From contig CAVVYR010000007.1 of the NCBI GenBank assembly GCA_963752475.1, positions 192,001 to 256,000 of the forward strand: a stretch of DNA of 64,000 nt, in the 5' to 3' direction. Origin of the DNA: an uncultured Chloroflexia bacterium (lineage in GTDB: Bacteria > Chloroflexota > Limnocylindria > Limnocylindrales > CSP1-4). The notes beneath the pieces are model-generated. The model did no database searches, was not told where the DNA came from, and was given only the letters and a program-made list of their open reading frames with translations. The position numbers and the translations under genes are program-made. This document shows, in pieces, positions 1 through 9,425 of this stretch (position 1 is its first letter; the number at the start of each line of letters is the position of its first letter).

Positions 1-34
1 GGCTGGCGCTGCGCGAAGCGCTGCACCCGCTGCC

Positions 35-955
35 ATGAGTCGGTTGCGGGCCGACGCGCACGCCAAGATCAACCTGGCACTGGCCGTGACCGGCATCCGT
101 GATGACGGCTACCACGAGCTGCGCTCGGTGTTCCTGCGCCTCGTGCTCCATGACCGGCTGACGGTCGACCCCGACCCCTCGGCCGAGGCCGACCGACTCG
201 AGGTCGTGGGGGAGCACACGGCCGCGGACGACGATCTCGTGCTGCGCGCCGCACGTGAGTTGCGCGCGGCCATCGACCCCTCGCTGCCGGCCCTGCGCTT
301 CCGCCTCGACAAGCGCATCCCGACCGCGGCTGGACTCGGCGGCGGCAGCTCGGACGCGGCGGCGGCCATCGATCTCGCGCTCGACTCGTGGGGGGTGCGC
401 CTGCATCCGGCTGAGCGCCTCGGTGCAGCCGCTCGCGTCGGTGCGGATGTGCCCTTCTTCATCGCCGGCCACGGCGCTTCGCTGATCGAAGGCATCGGCG
501 AGCACGTGACGCGGCTGCCGGCGCCGACGCCTCCAGCCGGGGTCCTGCTGGTGACCCCGCGCGAGCGGCTCTCCACCGCTGCCGTCTTCGCGGAGTACGA
601 CCGAGAGCCGGCCACGGGTGCGCGGGAGACGGTCGAGGAGGTCGCCTCGCTCATGCGCGACGGCCTGGACGGGATGACCCTGGCCGCCATGACCACGGCG
701 CTCAAGGACGCCAACGACCTGTGGCCGCCGGCCCTGCGTCTGTTGCCCGAGCTGGCAGAGCTTCGGGCGCGGGTGGCCGAGATCATCGGGCACGCGGTCC
801 TGCTCACCGGCTCTGGCCCCACGCTCGTGGCCATCTATCCTTCGGAGGCCGCCGCCACGCGCGCGGCCGTCACACTCCAGTCCACTGCCACGCCGGAGCT
901 CGACGGCGCCACCATCACCAGCACGAGCACGTTCGGGAGGGCCCAGGAACCATGA
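35..955 (+). CDS. ispE: 4-diphosphocytidyl-2-C-methyl-D-erythritol kinase
   Basis: AKINLAL, DGYHEL, KRIP-AAGLGGGSSDAAA, GADVPFF and LTGSGPT motifs of the GHMP kinase IspE. Confidence 0.95.
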   Translation: MSRLRADAHAKINLALAVTGIRDDGYHELRSVFLRLVLHDRLTVDPDPSAEADRLEVVGEHTAADDDLVLRAARELRAAIDPSLPALRFRLDKRIPTAAGLGGGSSDAAAAIDLALDSWGVRLHPAERLGAAARVGADVPFFIAGHGASLIEGIGEHVTRLPAPTPPAGVLLVTPRERLSTAAVFAEYDREPATGARETVEEVASLMRDGLDGMTLAAMTTALKDANDLWPPALRLLPELAELRARVAEIIGHAVLLTGSGPTLVAIYPSEAAATRAAVTLQSTATPELDGATITSTSTFGRAQEP

Positions 956-1332
956 AGCAGCGCATCCAGACCTCGAAGGCGCCAAACGCCCTCGGCCCCT
1001 ATAGCCAGGCCATCGTCACCGACGCGCTCGTCTTCTGCTCGGGGCAGGGGCCCATGGACCCCGAGACCAACACCATCGTCGAGGGCGACGTGGCCGTTCA
1101 GACCGAGCGCACCATGGAGAACATCAAGGCGCTGCTGGCCGAGATGGACCTCGACTTCAGCGACGTCGTGAAGTCGACCTGCTACCTCAAGGACATGGAC
1201 GACTTCAAGGCCTTCAACGAGGTCTACGGCTCCTATCTGCCCGAGCCGTTCCCGGCGCGCACCACCATCCAGGCTGCTCGCCTGCCGCTGGACATCCTCG
1301 TCGAGATCGAGGTCATCGCCCAGAGGCGGTAG
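952..1332 (+). CDS. ridA: RidA family reactive intermediate/imine deaminase
   Basis: APNALGPYSQAI, SGQG, FNEVY, PARTT, VEIEVIA. ATG at 952 overlaps the ispE stop (ATGA) and follows GGAG/AGGA. Confidence 0.93.
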   Translation: MKQRIQTSKAPNALGPYSQAIVTDALVFCSGQGPMDPETNTIVEGDVAVQTERTMENIKALLAEMDLDFSDVVKSTCYLKDMDDFKAFNEVYGSYLPEPFPARTTIQAARLPLDILVEIEVIAQRR

Positions 1333-1387
1333 GAGGCATCCGCTACACCCGGTCCCACGGCTCTAGCCGCACCGGCCCATCACCTGG

Positions 1388-1515
1388 TGGCTGAACATCG
1401 ACGCCATCGACGCCACAGTGCTCCGTCTCAGCCTCCAGCAGGCTCGAATCGTCAGTCCTAGCCTCCACCGGGCTGAGACCGTGCACTCGGGGCGCACGCT
1501 GGTCGTGTTCAGCCA
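1388..1515. other. long imperfect inverted repeat (rod-like hairpin); candidate ncRNA or REP-like element
   Basis: Nested arms TGGCTGAACA/TGTTCAGCCA, CGCC/GGCG, AGTGC/GCACT, GTCTCAGCC/GGCTGAGAC and AGGCT/AGCCT. Confidence 0.6.
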
Positions 1516-1553
1516 GCGGGGGATACAGAGTCACCGAGCAACCACTCGGCCGT

Positions 1554-1582
1554 TTGACGCCCGACGCCGCGGCGCCTAGATT
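1554..1582 (+). promoter_or_regulatory. sigma70-type promoter upstream of glmU
   Basis: TTGACG-N17-TAGATT, 56 bp upstream of the glmU start. Confidence 0.65.
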
Positions 1583-1638
1583 CACTCTCACCCGATGCCC
1601 GAACACCCTCCATCAGCGAAGGGCGGTAACGCCGCTTC

Positions 1639-3084
1639 GTGAACACCCACCAAGCCCAGCCCCAACGAGCGGTCGTGATGGCCGCGGGGCTCGGCACTCG
1701 AATGCGTTCGAGCACTCCCAAGGTGCTCCACCCCATCTGCGGTCGCCCCATGCTGGCGTACGTGCTCGATGCGGCCGTCGCCGCCACCGGCAGCAGGCCG
1801 CTCGTCGTCATCAGCCCGCCCGTGGCCCAGATCGCCGACGTCTTCGCGGGCGAGGCCGACTTCGCCATCCAGGCGGAGCCTCGCGGCACTGCTGATGCCG
1901 TCGCCACGGCCCTCCGCGATCTGCCCGCTGGTGTGCGCGAGATCATCGTGCTCTCCGGCGACGTCCCGCTGGTGGATGCGGGCATGCTGGCCGAGCTGGC
2001 CCAAGCCAGGCGTGAGGTGGACGCCGCGGTCGCGCTCATCAGCGTGGACATGGACGACCCTGCGGCCCTCGGTCGCGTGGCCCGCGGCTCCGACGATCGC
2101 ATCACCGGCGTGGTCGAGTTCAAGGACGCCACCGAAGACCAGCGCGCGATCACGGAGATCAATTCCGGACTCTACGCCTTCGACGCCGACTGGCTGCGCC
2201 TGCGCATCGGCGAGATCGAGCCCAGCCCCGTCACGGGCGAGCTGTACCTGCCCGAGCTCATCCCGCTGGCTCGCCGTGACGACCGCGCGGTGGTCACCCT
2301 CGAGGTCGGGGACGACGGCACGCTCCTGGGTATCAACGACCGCAGCCAGCTGGCCGATGCCGAGCTGGACATGCGCCTGCGCATCCTCGAGGCCCATATG
2401 GCCGCCGGCGTCACCATCGTCGACCCCTCGACGACCTATATCGATGAGTCCGTGCGCATCGCGGAGGACGTGCGCCTCGAGCCCAACGTCATCCTCGCGG
2501 GTGAGACGGTCATCGAGCGCGACGCCGTCGTCCGCGCCGGTTCGCAGATCTTCGACACCACCATCGGGGAACGCACGGTGGTCTGGGCCAGCGTGTTGGA
2601 AGGCTCCACGGTCGACGCCGACGTCACCATCGGCCCGTTCAGCCACGTGCGCAAGGGTGCCTACATCGGCCCCAACGTGGAGCTCGGCAACTACGCCGAG
2701 GTCAAGAACAGCAACATCGGCGCCGGCACCAAGAGCCACCACTTCAGCTACCTCGGCGACGCGGACGTGGGCGAGAAGGTGAACATCGGCGCGGGCTCGA
2801 TCACGGCCAACTACGACGGGAAGGCCAAGCACCGCACCACGATCGGCAAGGGGGCCTTCATCGGGTCCGACACCATCATGCGTGCGCCCGTGACCGTGGG
2901 CGAGGGTTCGTTCACCGGGGCCGCCTCGCTGATCACCAAGGACGTGCCCGACGGCAAGATGGCCCTGGGCGTGCCCGCCCGCATCCGCACGCGCCAGTCC
3001 AAGACCGATGCGAACGCACCCACCGAGGGCGACATACCGACCGGCGAACCTGACGTAGACCACGACGGAGAAGCCCAACGCTGA
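1639..3084 (+). CDS. glmU: bifunctional UDP-N-acetylglucosamine pyrophosphorylase/glucosamine-1-phosphate N-acetyltransferase
   Basis: MAAGLGTRMRS-TPKVLH, GDVP, EINSGLY, hexapeptide repeats, HFSYLGDA, NIGAGSITANYDG. Confidence 0.96.
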   Translation: MNTHQAQPQRAVVMAAGLGTRMRSSTPKVLHPICGRPMLAYVLDAAVAATGSRPLVVISPPVAQIADVFAGEADFAIQAEPRGTADAVATALRDLPAGVREIIVLSGDVPLVDAGMLAELAQARREVDAAVALISVDMDDPAALGRVARGSDDRITGVVEFKDATEDQRAITEINSGLYAFDADWLRLRIGEIEPSPVTGELYLPELIPLARRDDRAVVTLEVGDDGTLLGINDRSQLADAELDMRLRILEAHMAAGVTIVDPSTTYIDESVRIAEDVRLEPNVILAGETVIERDAVVRAGSQIFDTTIGERTVVWASVLEGSTVDADVTIGPFSHVRKGAYIGPNVELGNYAEVKNSNIGAGTKSHHFSYLGDADVGEKVNIGAGSITANYDGKAKHRTTIGKGAFIGSDTIMRAPVTVGEGSFTGAASLITKDVPDGKMALGVPARIRTRQSKTDANAPTEGDIPTGEPDVDHDGEAQR

Positions 3085-4412
3085 TGGGCTCCCTCGTCGA
3101 ACTCCTCATCATCGCCATCCTGGTGGCCTTCAACGGCGTCTTCGTGGCAGCCGAGATCGCGCTCGTGACCGTCCGTCGGAGCCGCATGCGGCAACTGACC
3201 GACGAGGGTGACGATCGCGCCAAGCGTGTGATCTCCATGACCGAGAGACCGGCCGGTGTGCTGGCCACGATCCAGCTCGGCATCACCTTCATCGGTTTTC
3301 TGGCCGCGGCCTTCGCCGGTGCCAGCATCGCCGGACAACTCGCCGACTGGTTGCGCGATCTCGGTTTCGGCGGCACCGCGGACATCGTTGCGCTACTCAT
3401 CGTCACGCTCTTCGTCAGCCTCGTGACCATCATCTTCGGTGAGCTCGTGCCCAAGACGCTGGCGCTGGCCCATGCCGAGCGCTACGCCCTCACGCTCTCG
3501 CGCCCGGTGCAGATCCTGGGTCGCATCCTGAGCCCGGTGGTGTGGTTCCTCACGACCGCCACGCATGGGGTGACGCGCCTGCTCGGCGTGCGCGACGTGA
3601 GCAGCGACGACGCCATCACCAGCGAGGAGCTGCTCATCCTCGTAGAGCGCGGCTCGGAGCAAGGCACGATCGAGGCCGAGGAGGAGCAGATGATCGGTGG
3701 CGTGCTCGAACTCGGCGAGCAGCGCGCCCACGAGGTCATGGTGGCGCGCGTGGACATGGTCACGCTGGAGGTGGACGCTGCGCTCGCGGAGATCGTCGAC
3801 GTCATCGTCGGCGAGGGCCACTCGCGCATCCCGGTCTACGAGGACAACATCGACAACATCATCGGCATGCTCTATGCCAAGGACCTGCTGCCGTTCCTCG
3901 TGGGCGAGGATCGTTCTCCGTCCATCCGCACGCTCCTGCGCACACCGCTGTTCGTGCCCGAGTCGATGCTCGTGGACGACCTGCTGCGCTCACTGCAGCG
4001 ACGCCGCGTGCACATCGCCATCGTGCTCGACGAGCATGGCGGCACGGCCGGGCTCGTGACCATCGAGGATCTGCTCGAAGAGATCGTGGGCGAGATCCAG
4101 GACGAGTACGACGTAGAGGAGCCGATGATCGTGCCGCTGGGCGACCACGAGGCGCGCATCGATGGCCGGGCCGACGTGGACGACATGCTGGAGCATTTCG
4201 ATACCGCGCTCGACGGCGACGACCAGGAGGAGTTCGACACGGTCGGCGGCCTGGTCTACCACCACATCGGGGGCGTGCCCGAGATCGGCGACACCGTCGA
4301 GGTCGATGGGCTGAAGCTCACCGTCGAGGCCACCGACGGCCGGCGCGTGCGCACCGTCCACGTACTGCACACCCCGCCCGAGCCCATCGAGGACGAGCTC
4401 ATCGACGTCTAG
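3084..4412 (+). CDS. hemolysin-family/CNNM (DUF21)-CBS-CorC membrane protein
   Basis: FVAAEIAL, IIFGELVPK, GHSRIPVY CBS pair, GLVTIEDLLEEIVGEI, DTVGG CorC domain. Confidence 0.92.
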   Translation: MGSLVELLIIAILVAFNGVFVAAEIALVTVRRSRMRQLTDEGDDRAKRVISMTERPAGVLATIQLGITFIGFLAAAFAGASIAGQLADWLRDLGFGGTADIVALLIVTLFVSLVTIIFGELVPKTLALAHAERYALTLSRPVQILGRILSPVVWFLTTATHGVTRLLGVRDVSSDDAITSEELLILVERGSEQGTIEAEEEQMIGGVLELGEQRAHEVMVARVDMVTLEVDAALAEIVDVIVGEGHSRIPVYEDNIDNIIGMLYAKDLLPFLVGEDRSPSIRTLLRTPLFVPESMLVDDLLRSLQRRRVHIAIVLDEHGGTAGLVTIEDLLEEIVGEIQDEYDVEEPMIVPLGDHEARIDGRADVDDMLEHFDTALDGDDQEEFDTVGGLVYHHIGGVPEIGDTVEVDGLKLTVEATDGRRVRTVHVLHTPPEPIEDELIDV

Positions 4413-4442
4413 CGCGGCGCGCGTGACGGAGCGACCGAGTGG

Positions 4443-5465
4443 CTAGGCGCTGATGACTCCTCGGACGACGTCGGCGAGGCGTTCCATGGACGCGCTGTCG
4501 ACGATCCCGACCGATTCGAGTTGGGTGATAGCCTCGTCGCGGTACTCGCGGGCACGCGCACGGGTGTAATCCTGCGCACCGACCCGCTCGAGGATGGTCA
4601 GGACCTCGTCGACCTCGTCCGGCGTGGGCTCGTTCTCTGACTGGGCCAGGATGGACTGCAGCCGCTGCTGGTCCTCACCGGTGGCCTCTGCCAGGGCGTA
4701 GATCAGCGGAAGCGTCTTCTTGCGCGTGGTGATGTCCGACGTCTGCTTGCCCGTCTGCGCCTGATCGCCCCAGATCCCCAGCAGGTCATCGTTGAGCTGG
4801 AAGGCCAGGCCCAGCGCCCAGCCGAAACCGCGGTAGGCGGAGATGATGGTCTCGTCCTCGGTGGCCAGGACGGCACCCGCCTCGGCCGAGCCGGCGATGA
4901 GCGCCGCGGTCTTGCGGCCGATCATGTCGAAGTAGTAGTCGACCGACATCCAATCATCGTGTTCCGAGGTCCAGATGTCCATGAACTGGCCCTCGCACAG
5001 ATCCAGGCAGGTCTCGTCGTAGAGCTGCATGAGGCGCAGGATGCGCGTGTCGTCGAAGCCCTCGTCCCTGAGGCGGTAGAGGGCCATGCGACTGAGCGTG
5101 AAGAGCGCATCGCCGGTGTTGATGGCCTGGGCCTTGCCCCACACCGTCCACAGGGCAGGCCGGTGCCGTCGCTCGGTGCCGTTGTCCTCGATGTCGTCAT
5201 GGACGAGGCTGAAGTTGTGGCCCATCTCGACCGCGGCCGCGCCCGGTAGCGCCTTGGCGTGGTCGCCGGCGATGGACTGGTAGGCCAGCAGGCCGATGAG
5301 CGGACGCATGCGCTTGCCGCGGGGAGCGTCGCTATCGAGGCCCATGTGGTATCGAACCATCGTGTAGAGCTCACGCGTGCGCTCGTCCTCGTGGCGCGCG
5401 ATGACACCGAGCATCTCCTGCTCGGTATCGGCGATGAGGCGGTCGAGGTCGATGGCTGCTAGCAC
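4443..5465 (-). CDS. polyprenyl (geranylgeranyl-type) diphosphate synthase
   Basis: GKRMRP, FARM HNFSLVHDDIED-RR, GQFMD, KTA, SARM FQLNDDLLG. Confidence 0.93.
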   Translation of the reverse strand: MLAAIDLDRLIADTEQEMLGVIARHEDERTRELYTMVRYHMGLDSDAPRGKRMRPLIGLLAYQSIAGDHAKALPGAAAVEMGHNFSLVHDDIEDNGTERRHRPALWTVWGKAQAINTGDALFTLSRMALYRLRDEGFDDTRILRLMQLYDETCLDLCEGQFMDIWTSEHDDWMSVDYYFDMIGRKTAALIAGSAEAGAVLATEDETIISAYRGFGWALGLAFQLNDDLLGIWGDQAQTGKQTSDITTRKKTLPLIYALAEATGEDQQRLQSILAQSENEPTPDEVDEVLTILERVGAQDYTRARAREYRDEAITQLESVGIVDSASMERLADVVRGVISA

Positions 5466-5547
5466 GGCGACATGATACCTGTTCGTAGCACGTTCCCAGA
5501 TGACAACGCTACGACGCTGGCCGCGTTCCCGCGATAGGCTCCGCGAC

Positions 5548-6315
5548 GTGCCCCGACCACGGACCTACAAGACCCGCGCCATCGTCCTGGCTCATTTCGA
5601 TCTCGGCGAGGCCGATCGCATCATCACGCTGCTCACGCCCGAGGACGGCAAGATCCGCGCGGTGGCCAAGGGTGTGCGCAAACCCAAGAGCCGCATCGGT
5701 GGCTCGGTCGAGCCGTTCGCCGAGTTGGACGTCCAGCTGGCTCGTGGCCGCAACCTGGATGTCATCACCCAGGTCAGCGTGGCTCACGCCTGGCTGCGGC
5801 TGCGCGATCGGCTGGAGTCGACGGCCATCGCCTGGTACCTGGGCGAGCTGGCTGACCGTGCGGTCGAGGAGCGGGCAGGGGAGCACCCGGTGTACGGGCT
5901 GCTGCGTCGTGGCTGCCAGCTGCTCGATGACGGCATGGAGCCCGGTCGCGTCGCTCGCTGGTTCGAGTCCGGCCTCGCCGATGCTCTGGGCGTGCGACCC
6001 GAGCTCGATCGCTGTGTCGAGTGCGACCGCGTGCTGGAAGAGTCCGACACGTTCCGCTGGGTGCCAGCGCTCGGCGGCGTCCTCTGCGCCGACCACCCGT
6101 CGCCTCCGGCCGAGGTGGCGCCGCTGTCGCTCGAGGCGTTGAAGTTGCTGAAGGCCTACCGGCGCTTCGATGTGGAGGCACTGGCGGCCTTGCGCGTGCC
6201 GCCGGAGGTGGAGTCGGAGGTGGAGTCGGTGATGCGTCGCTACACCCGCTTCAGCCTCGAGCGTGAGGCTCGCTCCCTATCGTTCGTGGACGAGGTGCGT
6301 CACACCGAAGGCTGA
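5548..6315 (+). CDS. recO: DNA repair protein RecO
   Basis: LGEADRIITLLT-GKIRAVAKGVRK, EPF, Zn-finger-like CxxC..GGVLC. Start set at GTG 5548, 7 nt after TAGGCT. Confidence 0.93.
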   Translation: MPRPRTYKTRAIVLAHFDLGEADRIITLLTPEDGKIRAVAKGVRKPKSRIGGSVEPFAELDVQLARGRNLDVITQVSVAHAWLRLRDRLESTAIAWYLGELADRAVEERAGEHPVYGLLRRGCQLLDDGMEPGRVARWFESGLADALGVRPELDRCVECDRVLEESDTFRWVPALGGVLCADHPSPPAEVAPLSLEALKLLKAYRRFDVEALAALRVPPEVESEVESVMRRYTRFSLEREARSLSFVDEVRHTEG

Positions 6316-6647
6316 GTCCGACGCCTTCGAGTGGGGCTGTGTTCGGACGTTGCCGCGCAGCGATCGGATACGACGAGGAGACGACCGGACGGACCGACCG
6401 CTTACACACCCTTGCCGCTGTGTGGTCATGACTGACGATGCCTGCCGCGCGACGACGAAGTGATGGCCCTCGTGCCGCCGGATCCGAGCCGCTCGGACCG
6501 GGGTGGTCGCGATCGCCCGTTGAGCGGCACCACCCTCGGCTCCAGGTTGCGCTCGATGCGGACGGCTGAGAACGCCATTCGGTGCCACAATCAGAAGCCT
6601 ACGTCCGGCGCTGCCACCGCCGGCGCCACGCCCAGGAGACCCCACCA

Positions 6648-8063
6648 GTGACCGATCAGCCTTCTGACAACGCGCCCGATCCCGGGCCCACCGTCAAGAA
6701 CCTCGAGACCATCGTCTCGCTGGCCAAGCGACGTGGCTTCGTCTACCCCTCGTCGGAGATCTACGGCGGTATCAACGCGGTCTGGGACTACGGCCCCCTC
6801 GGCGTGGAGTTGAAGAACAACGTCAAGAAGGCCTGGTGGCGCTCGATGATCCAGGAGCGCGACGACATCGTGGGCCTTGACGCGGGCATCCTCATGCACC
6901 CTGAGGTGTGGGTCACCTCGGGACACGTGGGCTCGTTCAGCGATCCACTGGTGGAGTGCGGCCAGTGCCGCCGGCGCTTCCGCCTCGACGAGCTGAAGGG
7001 CGCGCAGGATCTCACGGCTACCCAACTGCAGGACGAGACCATCGTCGAGAAGCGAGGCATCGTCTGCCCGGTCGATCAGGGCCCGCTTTCACCGCCCCGC
7101 AAGTTCAACCTCATGTTCAAGACGCACATGGGACCGGTCGAGGACGAGGGCGCGACGGTCTACCTGCGTCCGGAGACTGCCCAGGGCTCGTACGTCAACT
7201 TCAAGAACGTGCAGGTCTCGAGCCGCAAGAAGGTGCCCTTCGGTATCGCCCAGATCGGCAAGTCCTTCCGCAACGAGATCAGCCCCGGCAACTTCGTCTT
7301 CCGCATGCGCGAGTTCGAGCAGATGGAGATGCAGTACTTCGTCCGTCCGGGCGAGGCTGCGGCCGAGGCCTTCGAGGCGTGGCTGCCGGCGCGCAAGGCC
7401 TGGTACGAGCGCTTCGGCGTGACCCCCGAGCGGTTGCGGTTCCGCGAGCACGCCGAGGACGAGCTGGCCCACTACGCCAAGAAGGCCATCGACGTCGAGT
7501 ACCGCTTCCCCTTCGGCTGGAAGGAGCTCGAGGGCGTGCACAACCGAGGCGACTTCGACCTCGGCAGCCACGCCAAGGCCAGTGGTGAGAACCTCGAGTA
7601 CTTCGACCCCAAGGCGGAGGAGCACTTCATCCCCTGGGTCGTGGAGGCCGCTGCCGGAGCCGACCGAGCTGCCTTCACCTTCTTCATCGACTCGTACCAC
7701 GAGGAGCAGCTTGAGAAGGGCACGCGCGTGGTACTCAAGATGCACCCGGACATCGCGCCCTACAAGGTGGCCGTCCTGCCGCTGCTCAAGAAGCGGCCCG
7801 AGATCGTGGATCTTTGCCACAAGATCAAGGCCGACCTCCAGAAGGACATCATGGCCGTCTACGACGACACCGCCGCCATCGGCAAGCTCTACCGGCGGCA
7901 GGACGAGATCGGCACGCCCTGGTGCGTGACGGTCGACGTGGAGTCGCTCGAAGATGGGGCCGTGACCGTGCGCGATCGCGACAGCATGGCCCAGGAGCGC
8001 GTGCCGGCCGAGGGTGTGAAGCAGCTGATCCTCGATCGCATGGCCACCGCCCGCGAAGCCTAG
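6648..8063 (+). CDS. glyQS: glycine--tRNA ligase, alpha2 (homodimeric) type
   Basis: [59 protein letters not shown] 6648 follows an AGGAG RBS. Confidence 0.95.
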   Translation: MTDQPSDNAPDPGPTVKNLETIVSLAKRRGFVYPSSEIYGGINAVWDYGPLGVELKNNVKKAWWRSMIQERDDIVGLDAGILMHPEVWVTSGHVGSFSDPLVECGQCRRRFRLDELKGAQDLTATQLQDETIVEKRGIVCPVDQGPLSPPRKFNLMFKTHMGPVEDEGATVYLRPETAQGSYVNFKNVQVSSRKKVPFGIAQIGKSFRNEISPGNFVFRMREFEQMEMQYFVRPGEAAAEAFEAWLPARKAWYERFGVTPERLRFREHAEDELAHYAKKAIDVEYRFPFGWKELEGVHNRGDFDLGSHAKASGENLEYFDPKAEEHFIPWVVEAAAGADRAAFTFFIDSYHEEQLEKGTRVVLKMHPDIAPYKVAVLPLLKKRPEIVDLCHKIKADLQKDIMAVYDDTAAIGKLYRRQDEIGTPWCVTVDVESLEDGAVTVRDRDSMAQERVPAEGVKQLILDRMATAREA

Positions 8064-8075
8064 GCGAGGCGCGAA

Positions 8076-8101
8076 GGAGCGGTCGGGCGTCCGACCGCTC
8101 C
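8076..8101 (+). terminator. stem-loop after glyQS
   Basis: GGAGCGGTCGG-gcgt-CCGACCGCTCC perfect 11-bp stem; no U-tract. Confidence 0.5.
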
Positions 8102-8198
8102 GTACGACCTGGACGTTCACGACCCTGACCGCAGGGTAGGTGGCTCAAGTACTGATGGACGGTTCCGTTGGCCGACGCGCGACCGCAGACTCCGCGGT

Positions 8199-9425
8199 GT
8201 GACGTCCACACCAGTCGGTACCGGACCGCCCCCGACCGACCAGCCAGGCGGCTGGCGCGGGTTCTGGACCCCGAAGCGAGCTCGGCTCGGCCTGTTCACG
8301 GCCATCCTGCTCGCGTGGCTGCTCGCCCTCGGCATGCCCTCGAGCGGGTGGTTCGACTTCACGGCCTTCTACGCTGCCGGCGGGCTGGCCTTCAGCGCCG
8401 ACGTCGTCGATCTCGAGGCCATCAACCAGTTCCAGGTCGACAACGGTCTGGATGTGGGGCCCTGGGTCTATCCCGCCGGCGTGGCCGTGCTCTACGCGCC
8501 ATTCGCGGCCCTGCCCTACGACGCGGCCGGGGCCCTGCACTTCTCGCTCATGCTCGGCTTGCTGCTGCTGGCTGCCGCAGCGTGGGCCACGGTCAGCTCC
8601 CTGCCGCGACGCTGGCTGTTCGTCGGTGCCCTGGCCTGGGGCCCCGCAGCCCTGGGCGTGATCGGCGGACAGAACACGTCCCTGGCCCTACTGCTCGTGG
8701 TCATCACAGCCTGGGCCCTGGTCCACGAGCGCGATGGCGTTTCGGGCGTGGCTTCGGGCCTGCTTGCGTACAAGCCACAGCTCGCCGCGCCGCTGGTCGG
8801 CCTCCTGCTCCTGCGTGGCCGCTGGCCGGCCGTGTTCCTCGCGGCCGTGGTCGTCGTCTTCCACTGGTTGCTGGGCGTCGTAGCGACCGGCGGCCAGCTC
8901 GACTGGCCGGTGACCTGGCTGAGCAACGTCGAGGCCTACCAGGAGGCTGACTTCCTGGCCAACGGCTGGAAGGCCATCAGCTTGCCCTCGTTCGGGCGAC
9001 AGCTCGAGCATGTCACGGGGTTGCCCGGGTTGATGGTGCTCGGGTACGTCCTCGCTGCCGTCATCGTCATCGCCTGTATCCCGGCGCTCCGTCGCCTGCC
9101 GCCGGTCGAGGCCGTCGCACTAGCCGCCACGTGTGGCCTGATCATCAGCCCACACGCGTGGGCCTACGACGGTGCGCTGCTGCTGCCGGCCGTGGCCGTC
9201 TTCGCGGCCCGGGCCGCAGCCCGCGGCTGGCGCTGGCAGGATCGCTGGTGGTTGGCGTCGGCCTACGCGATCGCCGTGGCTTGGCCGCTGACGATGGCGT
9301 TCGGGTTCACGCTGATCCCGGTGGTCATCCTGGCCGCCATCCCAGCGTTGCTCGAGCGTGGGCCCTTCCGCGTCGCGGAGCTGCCTGCTGCGCCTGCTGC
9401 CGGTGCGGGGGCGGCGCGAGCCTAG
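8199..9425 (+). CDS. GT87/DUF2029-like GT-C membrane glycosyltransferase
   Basis: DFTAFYAAG, VYP, GQN, KPQL and SPHAWAYD motifs; many TM helices. Confidence 0.82.
   Translation: MTSTPVGTGPPPTDQPGGWRGFWTPKRARLGLFTAILLAWLLALGMPSSGWFDFTAFYAAGGLAFSADVVDLEAINQFQVDNGLDVGPWVYPAGVAVLYAPFAALPYDAAGALHFSLMLGLLLLAAAAWATVSSLPRRWLFVGALAWGPAALGVIGGQNTSLALLLVVITAWALVHERDGVSGVASGLLAYKPQLAAPLVGLLLLRGRWPAVFLAAVVVVFHWLLGVVATGGQLDWPVTWLSNVEAYQEADFLANGWKAISLPSFGRQLEHVTGLPGLMVLGYVLAAVIVIACIPALRRLPPVEAVALAATCGLIISPHAWAYDGALLLPAVAVFAARAAARGWRWQDRWWLASAYAIAVAWPLTMAFGFTLIPVVILAAIPALLERGPFRVAELPAAPAAGAGAARA

Noticed and set aside
1333-1638. tRNA-Gln, or an integron attC site, before glmU
   Set aside because: No cloverleaf; GGCTCGAATC does not form a T-arm. 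The GCTGAAC/GTTCAGC ends are only loosely attC-like, the site is single, and no integrase or cassette array is present
6316-6647. T-box riboswitch upstream of glyQS (GGGTGGTCGCG at ~6501)
   Set aside because: It lacks the full GGTGGNACCGCG T-box, and no specifier stem-I motifs or terminator are evident
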